Shown: positions 36,520 through 46,172, numbered from the stretch's first letter. The stretch: 64,000 nt of DNA from Dehalococcoidia bacterium (GCA_965232845.1 OZ247428.1:897511-961510), one strand, 5' to 3'. The notes: a model not told the origin generated them from the letters alone. Numbers and translations are program-made.

Positions 36520-37599
36520 GTGCAAGACAGTGTGCCAGCCAATTCCGCCAACGGCCCTGTGCGTTTTGGCATTTTCGACTGGATAGACGCCAACGGTAGC
36601 TCAATTGCTGATCTTTACGAGCAGCGGCTCAAGTTCATCGAGTACGCGGACTCGGCTGGCTTCTATTGTTACCATATGGCCGAACACCAGGGCACGCCAT
36701 TGGGCATGGCTCCTTCTCCCAGCGTTTTCCTCTCTGCCATTGCTCAGCGCACGAAGAACATCAGGTTTGGCCCTCTCGTTTATCCGCTGCCTTTTTACAA
36801 TCCACTTAGGCTCGTGGAAGAAATCTGCATGTTGGACCAGCTAAGCAGAGGCAGGCTCGAAGTGGGCGTGGGAAGGGGTATCTCCGCTTATGAGCTGGAC
36901 TTCTTTGATATCAACGTGGACGAGTCACGGGACATGTTCCGGGAGGCCCTGGACGTCGTAATAATGGGGCTTAAAGAAGGGAAAGTTTCCTATGAAGGCG
37001 AACACTATACCTTCAGGGACGTTACCTTGCCCATTCAACCCTGGCAGCGGCCCTATCCTCCTCTTTGGTATCCGACGGCCAACCCGGACTCGATCAGATG
37101 GATTGCCAGCGAGGGAATTAGTACGGTGACTCACTATCCTCCCATGGAAACCATGCGAGAGCATATCGACCTGTACAAATCGGTTTGGGCCGAAAACCTG
37201 GGCCGTTCTGATCGCTTGAACGCCCACGAACCCGAGCCCAAATACGGAGTCACCCGCCACATCTACGTGGCAGAGACTGACGACCAAGCGCTTAAGGATG
37301 CCAAAGAAGCCTTCGCGGACTTCATTGCCAACTTCAATCATTTGCGTATCTTGAACGGCGATGACACTGGCCGCACCAATTTCCTGGCCGACTTCGAGGG
37401 GCGCATGGCTGACGGATTGCATATCGTAGGGTCGCCAGAGACGGTGGCAAGTACCCTTAAAGAGCATTTGGGAATTACCGGATCCAATTACTTTGTGGGG
37501 TCCTTTTTCTTTGGCACCCTTTCCACCGAACAGACGCTTAACTCCCTGAGGCTCTTCGCGGAGCAGGTAATGCCCAACTTTGACTGGGTAGCTCCCTAG
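36520..37599 (+). CDS. LLM-class (luciferase-like) flavin-dependent oxidoreductase
   Basis: 359 aa. FGIFDWID...YHMAEHQGTPLGMAPSPSVFLSAIAQRTKNIRFGPLVYPLPFYNPLRLVEEICMLDQLSRGRLEVGVGRG. GTG start after GAAGGAAGG. Confidence 0.85.
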   Translation: MQDSVPANSANGPVRFGIFDWIDANGSSIADLYEQRLKFIEYADSAGFYCYHMAEHQGTPLGMAPSPSVFLSAIAQRTKNIRFGPLVYPLPFYNPLRLVEEICMLDQLSRGRLEVGVGRGISAYELDFFDINVDESRDMFREALDVVIMGLKEGKVSYEGEHYTFRDVTLPIQPWQRPYPPLWYPTANPDSIRWIASEGISTVTHYPPMETMREHIDLYKSVWAENLGRSDRLNAHEPEPKYGVTRHIYVAETDDQALKDAKEAFADFIANFNHLRILNGDDTGRTNFLADFEGRMADGLHIVGSPETVASTLKEHLGITGSNYFVGSFFFGTLSTEQTLNSLRLFAEQVMPNFDWVAP

Positions 37600-37649
37600 T
37601 CCTGCCTGCGGCTGTTTAGCTTCCAGCCTTTTTGGACCGTTGCTGCCAA

Positions 37650-38360
37650 ATGAATGGCATAAACACCCTCTCCCTACTCCACGACCGCATCGTAGGTTGT
37701 TTCCACTGCCCCCGGCTGGTAGCCCACCGGGAACGCATTGCTCGCGACAAGGTTGCCAGGCACCGTGAGGAGGATTACTGGGGTAAGCCGGTGCCCCCTT
37801 TTGGCGACCCCGATGCCAGAATCCTGATATTGGGCCTGGCGCCGGCAGCCCACGGCGGGAATCGCACGGGGCGGTCTTTCACTGGAGACCCCAGCGGCGA
37901 TTGGTTGTTTGGGGCTCTCCATCGGGCCGGGTTTGCCAGTCAGCCGACGTCCTCATCTTCCAATGACGGCCTAACCTTGAATGATGTGTACATCACTAAT
38001 GCAGTGCGATGTGCCCCGCCGGACAACAAGCCCAACCCGGCAGAAAAATTGGCCTGCCGTCCCTTCCTGGTCAAGGAATTGGAACTGATGCAGCAGGTGC
38101 GGGTCGTAATAGCTCTGGGCAAGTTCGCTTTCGACGCTTACCTGCAAACTCGATCGGCGGCAGGCCTGACCAACCCGAAGCCACTGCCAACCTTTGGACA
38201 CGGAAACACCTGCCTCCTGGACGGAGGAGTAACTCTGTTGAGTTCCTACCATCCAAGCCGGCAAAACACTCAGACCGGGAAACTCACCCCGCAGATGATT
38301 GATGACATCTTCCTGGCGGCCAGAGAGCTAATCGCCGACGAAAACCCAGGCAAGCAATGA
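37650..38360 (+). CDS. Uracil-DNA glycosylase, family 4/5 (UdgB-like)
   Basis: CFHCPRLV...YWGKPVPPFGDPDARILILGLAPAAHGGNRTGRSFTGDPSGDWLF...HPSRQNTQTGKL. The ATG at 37650 is preferred over TTG 37632. Confidence 0.8.
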   Translation: MNGINTLSLLHDRIVGCFHCPRLVAHRERIARDKVARHREEDYWGKPVPPFGDPDARILILGLAPAAHGGNRTGRSFTGDPSGDWLFGALHRAGFASQPTSSSSNDGLTLNDVYITNAVRCAPPDNKPNPAEKLACRPFLVKELELMQQVRVVIALGKFAFDAYLQTRSAAGLTNPKPLPTFGHGNTCLLDGGVTLLSSYHPSRQNTQTGKLTPQMIDDIFLAARELIADENPGKQ

Positions 38361-39818
38361 TCAATCCCGTTCCAGGAACCGCCTGACCGCTTCCATCATG
38401 GGCGACCTGTCGTAGGTGGCGTACATTATTTGGGCGTTACGCACCAAATCGCCGGCGAAGAAACGTTCGTAATGAAGGCTACGAGAGCCGAAAGCGCTGC
38501 AGGATATGTCCCAGGCCAGGTGGAACAGTTTGGTCCGGTCGGCAGCCGAGGCCGAGTCGGTGGCAAGGTAATGCTCCAGGTCCGGAGCAATCTCGGAATC
38601 AAAGTCGGCCTGGCTGGGCAGTGCCATCAGGCTGCTGGACCCCAAGAGCTGCATGATCTCCACCATCCGCGGGTAGAAACTGCGGGCGTACATGTTTTCT
38701 GCCACCGTTAGCGGGAATCGGGCCGGGGTAAACAGCCCCCACTCGTCCGGGGCGGCATCGACCTCGGCAGTTCGAAGCAGCGCCTTGATGATTTCCAGGT
38801 TCATGATCATTTCAGCGATGCGCTCCTGTACGTGGGGCTGTTCGCCGGAACCCAGGGTTTCCACCATCAAGGACGCCGTGCCCAGCAGGAACTCCGTCTT
38901 GGCGACGATCCGCGTCACTACCTGGTGGAAGCTGTGCACTATCCAGCCGGTGCGGGCGGTCATGTTGTTGCAGGATTCCACGTTGCCAAGCAGGAACACC
39001 CGTTCCCAGGGCACCAGGACATTGTCGAAAATTGCGACCGCGTCCATCTCCTCAAAACGCGCTCCCAGGGGGTGGTCGAAGGGAGAGCGGCCGTAATCGA
39101 AACTCTCCCGGCAAATGTAACGCAGACCAGGTGTGTTGCTGGGAATGGAAAAAGAAACCGCGTACTGGTCAGCGTTATCCGCGGTATGGTGTGACCGGGA
39201 AGGGTATACGGCTATCTCATCGGATAGCGGCCCCAGCGTCGCAAGGACACGGGCGCCGCGCACCAGGATGCCCGCGTCGGTCTCCTTGATAACCTTGAGA
39301 GCCACGTCTTCGGCTAGGGAGTCGGTAATATAGCGCTGGGGAGAGCGAGAACGCTGAGGGTTGACCAGGGTATGGGTCAGGCAGAGGTCCTCCTCCCGAA
39401 CGTGTTCGTAATAGCGCCGCACGTTTTCTCCGAACCCCTCCCGGTCCTGTTCAAAGTAGGGAGCGGCGGAGGCCATTGCCACGAATGCCGCGTTCATATA
39501 ATCGGGAGTTCGGCCCATCATACCGCCATGGAAGGAAGCCCAACGATAGAACATCCGCCGGCGACGTTCCAAGTCTTCCAGGCCCTGGGGCATCAGGAAG
39601 GACATACCCACTCGGTCGCCCGAAGTAGGAGACCCGTAGGTCATTTCATCGACCAAGTCACTCTGATGCTGCATGTCGTACAGGTCCGCAACTGAACGAG
39701 CCCCGTTGGCAAAGCCGGGATGAGTCGTCACATCCTTGACGCGTTCCCCGCCAACCCAGACTTCGGGTGGCCGCTCTCTCAACCCTTGCAAGTATTGCTT
39801 CCCAGTACGAGCCGGCAT
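38361..39818 (-). CDS. 4-hydroxyphenylacetate 3-monooxygenase oxygenase-component (HpaB) family protein
   Basis: 485 aa. TGKQYLQGLRERPPEVWVGGERVKDVTTHP... and overall HpaB/acyl-CoA-dehydrogenase-fold pattern. No HpaC-type reductase nearby. Confidence 0.8.
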   Translation of the reverse strand: MPARTGKQYLQGLRERPPEVWVGGERVKDVTTHPGFANGARSVADLYDMQHQSDLVDEMTYGSPTSGDRVGMSFLMPQGLEDLERRRRMFYRWASFHGGMMGRTPDYMNAAFVAMASAAPYFEQDREGFGENVRRYYEHVREEDLCLTHTLVNPQRSRSPQRYITDSLAEDVALKVIKETDAGILVRGARVLATLGPLSDEIAVYPSRSHHTADNADQYAVSFSIPSNTPGLRYICRESFDYGRSPFDHPLGARFEEMDAVAIFDNVLVPWERVFLLGNVESCNNMTARTGWIVHSFHQVVTRIVAKTEFLLGTASLMVETLGSGEQPHVQERIAEMIMNLEIIKALLRTAEVDAAPDEWGLFTPARFPLTVAENMYARSFYPRMVEIMQLLGSSSLMALPSQADFDSEIAPDLEHYLATDSASAADRTKLFHLAWDISCSAFGSRSLHYERFFAGDLVRNAQIMYATYDRSPMMEAVRRFLERD

Positions 39819-40059
39819 AGTGCTGGACCTCCAATCGCCTTTTTTCCAGTATAGCAGGGAAGGAATCCTGGTATCTGACTGTCATTGATTGCCCGCCAAC
39901 AGAAATGTGCTTACTATAAATTCCAGTCCCATAGCGACCTGGCTGCTCATACTTATGCTCCTGAATTAGGTCAAATTGTCGCATCCCCTCTAACTAGAGG
40001 TGGAAGCCCTTGCAAGTGCCTATCTTTTTTTGAGCAGCCACACAGGCCGGAGGCAAAGA

Positions 40060-40860
40060 ATGCCAAATTACTCAATCAGCATTGGGAACGTGGAACTGAT
40101 TTCTCTCAGTGACGGTGAGCCGATCTGGTCGCCCTTTGATCCATTTCCCCACATTCCTATAGAACTGTGGCGTGAGTTTCCCGAATTACTGGACAGCGAC
40201 GAACAGATTCACAGTCGTTACGGCGTTACGGCCATTCGCTCGCGAGGCAAACTCATCATTGTGGACACAGGTTTGCATGAACCGGATGGGACACTGCTGC
40301 AGGACATGGAGAGCAAGGGCGTGGACCGGAACGCCGTAGATATGGTCGTATTTACTCATTTGCACCTCGACCACGTTGGCTGGAACCTGATCGAGGGCCA
40401 ACCCACCTTTCCCAACGCTCGCTACCTGATTCCCCAAGAAGACTGGAACCATTGGACCCAGGAGTCTGTATTGGCTAATGAGCCGCACATAGCCGAACAG
40501 GTCATTCCGTTGGAGGAATTGAGGGTAATGGACCTGATTGGGAACGAGCACAACATTACCGACGAAGTCACTACGGTTGCCACCCCGGGGCATACGCCAG
40601 GTCACGTCTCCATCGTCATTGCATCCCAGGGCGAACGGGGTTATATTCTTGGAGACGTAGCCCACACGCCAGCCCAAGCCCATTACACCGACTGGAGCCC
40701 TAGTTTCGACGATCAGCCGGACTTGGCACGCACTACCCGCCACGCCGTGCTTGATATGCTGGAATCGGAAGGGATCGTGGTGTCAGCGGGACACTTCCCC
40801 GCTCCGGGATTCGGCCACTTTGTGAGGGTGAGCGGCCGGCGACAATGGAGGGGTTTATAG
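40060..40860 (+). CDS. MBL-fold metallo-hydrolase
   Basis: VVFTHLHLDHVGWN (HxHxDH), TPGHTPGH, and GDVAH. The ATG at 40060 follows a GGAGG RBS (the track ORF starts at 40000). Confidence 0.85.
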   Translation: MPNYSISIGNVELISLSDGEPIWSPFDPFPHIPIELWREFPELLDSDEQIHSRYGVTAIRSRGKLIIVDTGLHEPDGTLLQDMESKGVDRNAVDMVVFTHLHLDHVGWNLIEGQPTFPNARYLIPQEDWNHWTQESVLANEPHIAEQVIPLEELRVMDLIGNEHNITDEVTTVATPGHTPGHVSIVIASQGERGYILGDVAHTPAQAHYTDWSPSFDDQPDLARTTRHAVLDMLESEGIVVSAGHFPAPGFGHFVRVSGRRQWRGL

Positions 40861-40957
40861 CCGGTTAACCGGAATTGCTTAACCCCAGTGGGCACGGCGG
40901 ATACCGGCAATTCAACTAATCGCCATTGCGCCAAATTTCTTGCTTTGAGGAGCAACT

Positions 40958-41572
40958 ATGATCTACGAAGTCAGAACCTACACTCTGGAGCCCGGAACAG
41001 TTCCCCAGTTTGAAGAGAGTTTTGCCGAGGCATTGCCACACCGTGAAAAGTATTCACCGCTGGCTGCTTTCTGGCACTCCGACATCGGTGTCCTAAATCA
41101 GGTAGTCCACGTTTGGGGATATGAGGACTTGCTGGATAGGGAAAAAATTCGAGCAGAGGCCGCCAAGGACCCCAACTGGCCACCCCGGGATACCAGCATG
41201 ATAATGAATATGGAGTCGGAAATCTGGAATCCTGCGCCCTTCATGCGACCTTTGGGCGGCGGTCAGGAACTGGGCGATGTTTACGAGATGCGGATTTACA
41301 CGTACAAGCCCGGCTCTATCCCCGAACTTCTGAGTCGGTGGGAAAAGGCTCTTCCGTGGCGCGAACAGTTCTCGCCCTGCGTCGCGGCTATGCATACGGA
41401 ACTGGGCGCGTTGAACCGCTGGATGCACATCTGGCCTTACAAGGACTTGAACCACCGGAACGAGATCCGCAAGGCCTCCAGCGGGACTCCCAATTGGCCC
41501 TCAGGAGCCCCGGGCCGAATCCGGCAGGAAAACAAGATACTGATCCCCGCTTCCTTCTCTCCCATGCGCTAG
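40958..41572 (+). CDS. NIPSNAP-family protein (two NIPSNAP repeats)
   Basis: 204 aa. MIYEVRTYTLEPGTVPQFEE...VVHVWGYEDL and YEMRIYTYKPGSIPELLSRWEKAL...WMHIWPYKDL. Confidence 0.8.
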   Translation: MIYEVRTYTLEPGTVPQFEESFAEALPHREKYSPLAAFWHSDIGVLNQVVHVWGYEDLLDREKIRAEAAKDPNWPPRDTSMIMNMESEIWNPAPFMRPLGGGQELGDVYEMRIYTYKPGSIPELLSRWEKALPWREQFSPCVAAMHTELGALNRWMHIWPYKDLNHRNEIRKASSGTPNWPSGAPGRIRQENKILIPASFSPMR

Positions 41573-41650
41573 CCTTTGCCAAGTCTGGCCCCCGCTTCCC
41601 ACACTGCGCGAGTTGTGCTTGGGTGGCGGGGTTCGCCAAACCTGTGACCG

Positions 41651-42823
41651 ATGTCATTTACCAGCTTTTTTGACTCTGTAGAAACGCCTTCCTTCGTGTA
41701 TGATGAGACGGAAGTCGGCAGAGTGCTGGATATCGCCGAATCACTGCGCCGTACGTCAGGTTGTCGCGTCCTATACTCCATTAAGCCTCTATGCTTTCCT
41801 CCATTGCTGGAATTGATGGCGGCGAAACTGGACGGTTTTGCCGTCAGTTCCCTATTCGAGGCGCGATTGGCCCGCTCCATCTTGGGTGACCGGGGGCAAT
41901 TACACTTCACTAGTCCTGGCATCCGCCCGGGGGAGCCTGAAGAACTGGCCTCACTCTGTGACTACGTTGCCTTCAACAGCTTGACCCAATGGGAAAGGCA
42001 CAGTGGGAAGTTTGTTGGGCGGGCAAGTTGTGGTTTGCGAGTTAATCCCGGCCTGTCCTTTCTTGATGATGAGAGATATGACCCCTGCCGAGAAGGTTCC
42101 AAGCTAGGAATATCCCTGGAATCCTTGTCAGAAAATTTGGGGAACCACAAGGCTTTCTTGAATGGGATAGACGGCACGCTGATTCACTCCAATTGCGAAT
42201 CTATTGACTTCAGAGAACTCGAAGAAACCGTGGCCTTGCTTGAAGAAGAGATTCCCCAATTCCTGGGACGCCTAAAGTGGATCAATTTGGGTGGGGGCTA
42301 TCTCTTCAACAAGGATGTGGATATCGGGCCGCTGCAGAGAGTCATTCGGGTGCTTCAATCTAACTGGGGACTGGACGTATACCTGGAACCGGGAGCGGCC
42401 TTTGTCCGTTCGGCTGGGTATCTTGTGGCTTCCGTGCTGGATATTTTTCCCAGCGGGCGCACGAACATTGCAGTGCTGGATACAACGGTGAACCACATGC
42501 CCGAGTTGTTGGAGTTCGATTTTGAGCCGGACATCGAGGGGCATATGAACGACGGCCAATGGGAATATACTCTCGCGGGATGCACTTGCCTGGCCGGAGA
42601 CTTGTTCGGTGAATACCGTTTCAACAAACCGCTTTCAATTGGAGACCGGATCATATTCAGAAACGTGGGTTCGTACACCCTGACTAAAGCGCACATGTTC
42701 AACGGAGTGAACCTGCCCAGCATTTATTCCCTGGGGGACCGAGGGGAGTTGAACCTGTTGAAGACTTTTGGATACGAAGACTTCTCATCTCGTTGGAATA
42801 CGCATGCCGGCAGTTCTGTTTGA
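41651..42823 (+). CDS. nspC: Carboxynorspermidine/carboxyspermidine decarboxylase (PLP, alanine-racemase fold)
   Basis: 390 aa. ETPSFVYDETEV..., PLP-Lys context VLYSIKPLCF, LDGFAVSSLFEARLA, CDYVAFNSLTQW, INLGGGY, and CLAGDLFGEY. These align by eye with Vibrio NspC blocks. Confidence 0.8.
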   Translation: MSFTSFFDSVETPSFVYDETEVGRVLDIAESLRRTSGCRVLYSIKPLCFPPLLELMAAKLDGFAVSSLFEARLARSILGDRGQLHFTSPGIRPGEPEELASLCDYVAFNSLTQWERHSGKFVGRASCGLRVNPGLSFLDDERYDPCREGSKLGISLESLSENLGNHKAFLNGIDGTLIHSNCESIDFRELEETVALLEEEIPQFLGRLKWINLGGGYLFNKDVDIGPLQRVIRVLQSNWGLDVYLEPGAAFVRSAGYLVASVLDIFPSGRTNIAVLDTTVNHMPELLEFDFEPDIEGHMNDGQWEYTLAGCTCLAGDLFGEYRFNKPLSIGDRIIFRNVGSYTLTKAHMFNGVNLPSIYSLGDRGELNLLKTFGYEDFSSRWNTHAGSSV

Positions 42824-44117
42824 AAGAGAATTAATCGTCCCCCGCAATTACCAGAAAAGGAACCCACTGTTTCACCTGGAAGGCGCTCTCCTTTCTCAGT
42901 CGGAAGGGGGAGACGTTCCAATCCGATTGGCCGTTACATCTTCCTCAGAAGAAGGCTATCACTGCGAAGTAGGTCTGCTTTCTGGCTGGGAGGGCTCAGA
43001 ATTGCCTTCCCTCTTTCGTTGTCATCGCCGGTCCCTTGAAAACAATAACCAATTCACTTGCGTGCTCCTGGTCCCCACCGGCATTGGCGCAGAGATAGGA
43101 GGCCATGCCGGGGACGCCACGCCGGTCTCGGCGCTGCTGGCGGCCGCCTGCGACACACTGATCACCCACCCTAACGTCGTTAATGCCTCGGACATAATAG
43201 ACATACCCTCAAATGCTCTCTATGTAGAGGGCAGCGTTATTAGCCGCCTTCTCTTGGGTGTTATAGGACTGCAGCCGGTGCGCAGAAACCGGGTCCTGGT
43301 GGTTTTGGGACACCATGACGACGACTTATTCATCCATGCGGCTATTAACTCTGTCAATGCGGCCAGGGCCAGTTACGGTTTGACAGTGCCCAGTATCGTA
43401 AGGTTAGGCCCGGAATTTGAAATGGAGGCCAATTACGTCGAATCTGGCAGGGCCGCGGGAAAGGTCGGGGGGCTGAACGTTCTGTTTAGCGCCTTACAGG
43501 AACGAGACCACTCCTTTGATGCGGTGGCGATAACTTCACAAATCCTTGTCCCTGCCGGTTACCACGCGGACTATTTCGAGAGCAACGGCGAGATGGTAAA
43601 TCCGTGGGGCGGAGTAGAAGCCATGCTGACTCATGCCGTTTCCACCATTTTCAATGTGCCTTCTGCTCATGCGCCTATGCTGGAAACCCAGGAAATTGCT
43701 AATGCTGACCCGGGCATCATCGACCCGCGGATGGCGGCTGAGGGCGTATCCCTTGCCCTGATACAGTCCGTATTGAAGGGCTTGCAACGGAGCCCGAGGA
43801 TAGTATCCGAACTGGAAGGGATGAATCATCCCAGCGTGATAACGGCCGCCGAAGTTTCTTGCCTGGTAATCCCGGACGGATGCGTGGGGCTACCGGTGTT
43901 GGCAGCTTTGGAGCAGGGAATACCTGTAATTGCGGTCAAGGAAAACCGCAACCTCATGAGGAACGACCTGGCTGACCTGCCCTGGGCTGAGGGACAACTT
44001 ATCCCCGTAGACAACTATTGGGAAGCAGCCGGAGTGATTTCAGCTCTCAGGGCGGGTATTGACCCTGCGGCAGTGCGTCGCCCGATTCCTCTTGCACCCG
44101 TAAATTGGCACCTGTAA
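42804..44117 (+). CDS. DUF3326-like protein of unknown function
   Basis: About 437 aa from ATG 42804 (track ORF from TTG 42768). Overlaps the nspC 3' end by at least 20 nt. Contains VLLVPTGIGAEIGGHAGDATPVSALLAAACDTLITHPNVVNASD, which I recall as the DUF3326 signature. Confidence 0.55.
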   Translation: MPAVLFERELIVPRNYQKRNPLFHLEGALLSQSEGGDVPIRLAVTSSSEEGYHCEVGLLSGWEGSELPSLFRCHRRSLENNNQFTCVLLVPTGIGAEIGGHAGDATPVSALLAAACDTLITHPNVVNASDIIDIPSNALYVEGSVISRLLLGVIGLQPVRRNRVLVVLGHHDDDLFIHAAINSVNAARASYGLTVPSIVRLGPEFEMEANYVESGRAAGKVGGLNVLFSALQERDHSFDAVAITSQILVPAGYHADYFESNGEMVNPWGGVEAMLTHAVSTIFNVPSAHAPMLETQEIANADPGIIDPRMAAEGVSLALIQSVLKGLQRSPRIVSELEGMNHPSVITAAEVSCLVIPDGCVGLPVLAALEQGIPVIAVKENRNLMRNDLADLPWAEGQLIPVDNYWEAAGVISALRAGIDPAAVRRPIPLAPVNWHL

Positions 44118-44162
44118 ACGGTCATATTCCGAAGTTTCTGGCACGGGATATCTAGAAAAGAA

Positions 44163-44188
44163 AAGCGGAACGCCATCGCGTTCCGCTT
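44163..44188. terminator. Bidirectional intrinsic terminator between the DUF3326-like gene and the psp operon
   Basis: AAGCGGAACGC-catc-GCGTTCCGCTT (11-bp stem). An A-run lies upstream on the plus strand, giving a U-tract (tttcttttct) for the minus-strand psp transcript. Confidence 0.75.
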
Positions 44189-44217
44189 GAGTTTCAAGCC
44201 CACTGCTGGGTCACTAC

Positions 44218-44496
44218 CTAGCCCGGAAGCAAGCCATCTCCGATGAAGATATGCTCGGCCTCTTCCAGCGTCAAATCGATTTCCGGTAGTATGAAGTCTG
44301 ACTCAACCAACTCATCCAACGGCAACGGCGATCCCTTTTCCCTGACCAAAGAAATCATTTCCAGAAGCAGGGAACGAAAACTCTCTTCATTCTCGGTTTC
44401 CACAGCCTCAACCATGCGGTTGTCAATGTCATTCAGGTCGTCTATTACCGCGCCCGGCAAATTGAACTGACCTTCACCTAATATTCTAACGATCAT
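44218..44496 (-). CDS. PspA-associated protein PspAA
   Basis: 92 aa, acidic. MIVRILGEGQF...DDLNDIDNRMVEAV...SFRSLLLEMISLVREKG...GLLPG. Sits 26 nt downstream of pspA with a GGGTGG RBS. Confidence 0.7.
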   Translation of the reverse strand: MIVRILGEGQFNLPGAVIDDLNDIDNRMVEAVETENEESFRSLLLEMISLVREKGSPLPLDELVESDFILPEIDLTLEEAEHIFIGDGLLPG

Positions 44497-44522
44497 CGTT
44501 CGACCACCCAGTCCTGTTGATA

Positions 44523-45302
44523 CTAGCTAGATCCCTGGTTCCTCAAGGCGTCCAATTCGGCATCTACGGCAGAACCGCTCGACGATGGCAGCGCCCTGGT
44601 CTGGCTTGCGGGGCTAATGCCCTTAAGGGCCGCCAATTCATCCTCGACGCTTTGCGAGATGGAAATCTGCGAAAGCTCCCTTTCGATATCATCCTGGGGG
44701 CCGTTAACATCATCGAGAACACCGGTGGCCACCAACTCGTCAATGGCGCCGGCCTTCGCCCGCATCTGGTCCGTTTTGTTCTCTGCACGTTGCACCGCCA
44801 GCGAGACGTCCCCCATTTCTTCCGAAATCCCGCCTAGAGCCGCCCCGATTCTTACCTGGGCCTGGGCCGCGGTGTACTGAGCCTTGATAATTTCCTTCTT
44901 GTTGCGGAAGGCGTCGACCTTAGTTTGCAGGCGCTGCTCCGCGATGGTGAGCTTCTGTTGCTCCTGCTCCATCCCCTCTATCTGTTCGTCCAACCCCTGC
45001 AATTCGATTACCGCATTTTGCTTTCGTTGGAGAGCCAGACGGGCCAGGTCCTCGCGGTCAGCATCCAGGGCTTGCTTGGCCTGACGTTCCAGCCTCGTTA
45101 TGTTTTCTTTAACCTTGGTAGCCTGCTGCTGGATGCGTCGCTTGGCCGTAACCATTTCGACGACTCCTCGCTTGACGTTCTGCAACATTTCGAGTTGCTT
45201 TTCGTAGGAATAGTCAAGAGTCTCCCGCGGGTCTTCCGCGGAATCCAATATGCGGTTCATTTTCGACTTTACGATGGTCGACATCCTTGAAAACATTCCC
45301 AT
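44523..45302 (-). CDS. pspA: PspA/IM30/Vipp1-family membrane-stress protein
   Basis: 259 aa. MGMFSRMSTIVKSKMNRILDSAEDPRETLDYSYEKQLEMLQNVKRGVVEMVTAKRRIQ, then long coiled-coil heptads and an S/A-rich tail. Confidence 0.9.
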   Translation of the reverse strand: MGMFSRMSTIVKSKMNRILDSAEDPRETLDYSYEKQLEMLQNVKRGVVEMVTAKRRIQQQATKVKENITRLERQAKQALDADREDLARLALQRKQNAVIELQGLDEQIEGMEQEQQKLTIAEQRLQTKVDAFRNKKEIIKAQYTAAQAQVRIGAALGGISEEMGDVSLAVQRAENKTDQMRAKAGAIDELVATGVLDDVNGPQDDIERELSQISISQSVEDELAALKGISPASQTRALPSSSGSAVDAELDALRNQGSS

Positions 45303-45405
45303 GGGAACAACCTCCAGCTAAAAGAAACTTCCCGGCCCTTTCCGGCAGCTCAACTTGCAGCTTCTCGATTGGTTCTAGATTTACTGTCCTTGTCCCAACT
45401 CAGTC

Positions 45406-45582
45406 TCAGTATCTATCCTTCTTCCCGAAGATAGCCATGGCGCCAACTATAACTCCGAGGACAATGCAGATTGCCCCAAGAATCCAGAGCAAGAAGTTGA
45501 GGATGCCGCTGACTAACAGTATCCCCAGGACCAACAAGAATATTGCGACACCAATTCCACCAAAAGACCCAGATATCGACAT
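45406..45582 (-). CDS. Small (58 aa) two-TM membrane protein, first gene of the psp operon (below the ORF-track size cutoff)
   Basis: Manual translation: MSISGSFGGIGVAIFLLVLGILLVSGILNFLLWILGAICIVLGVIVGAMAIFGKKDRY*. GAGGA RBS 7 nt upstream of the ATG. Stops 103 nt upstream of pspA. Confidence 0.6.
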   Translation of the reverse strand: MSISGSFGGIGVAIFLLVLGILLVSGILNFLLWILGAICIVLGVIVGAMAIFGKKDRY

Positions 45583-46172
45583 GAACTATTCCTCGCCTGA
45601 TTAAGGGGGTTTCGGACCGGTAGGGTCAAATTGCCAAGTTTTGTTCAACCGCAAGAATATTACGGACACAGAAATGGATTGCATCGGCAACAGTCGGTAC
45701 GAAGATTCACACACCCGTACTTTCCACAACCATATTCCTTCAAGTCAACAATACCTTCCCTTCCCCCTAGGGTCAAGGGAAACCAAATTACGTTGCAGGG
45801 CAATCATCATCAAGAGGACGGGATTTGCCAAGAAGGACTTGATCGATGCCAATGTGGGAGCAGGATCAACAAATCCCCCCCGTTTCCGCTAAATTCTGCC
45901 CGTTCTTAGTCTTGGCAGTGTAACAGTGAGTAGCCGAAGGACGGGAGGTATCGCAAAGACTATAGCGGTAGAGGGTAACAGGGCCTGCCCAGTGACGGTT
46001 GCTATCGATCTCGGATCACGTTCGTCCAAAAGAACAATGGTAGAAGAGTTGAACACGAAAAACCAATAACGGTCAGCAATGCGTGCAGAATTGCGACAAC
46101 CCGGAATTCTGCCGCAATCAGGTTCGGCCCAGCAAGAACTGATTGACTGCTTTATAGGAGCCTGCTAACCCG

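Noticed and set aside
45631-45909. ORFs of 92 and 83 aa in the long psp/DUF4178 intergenic region
   Set aside because: They have no RBS, odd composition (Q/H/P/R-rich) and no motif, and the two overlap each other in different frames. The region is treated as non-coding.
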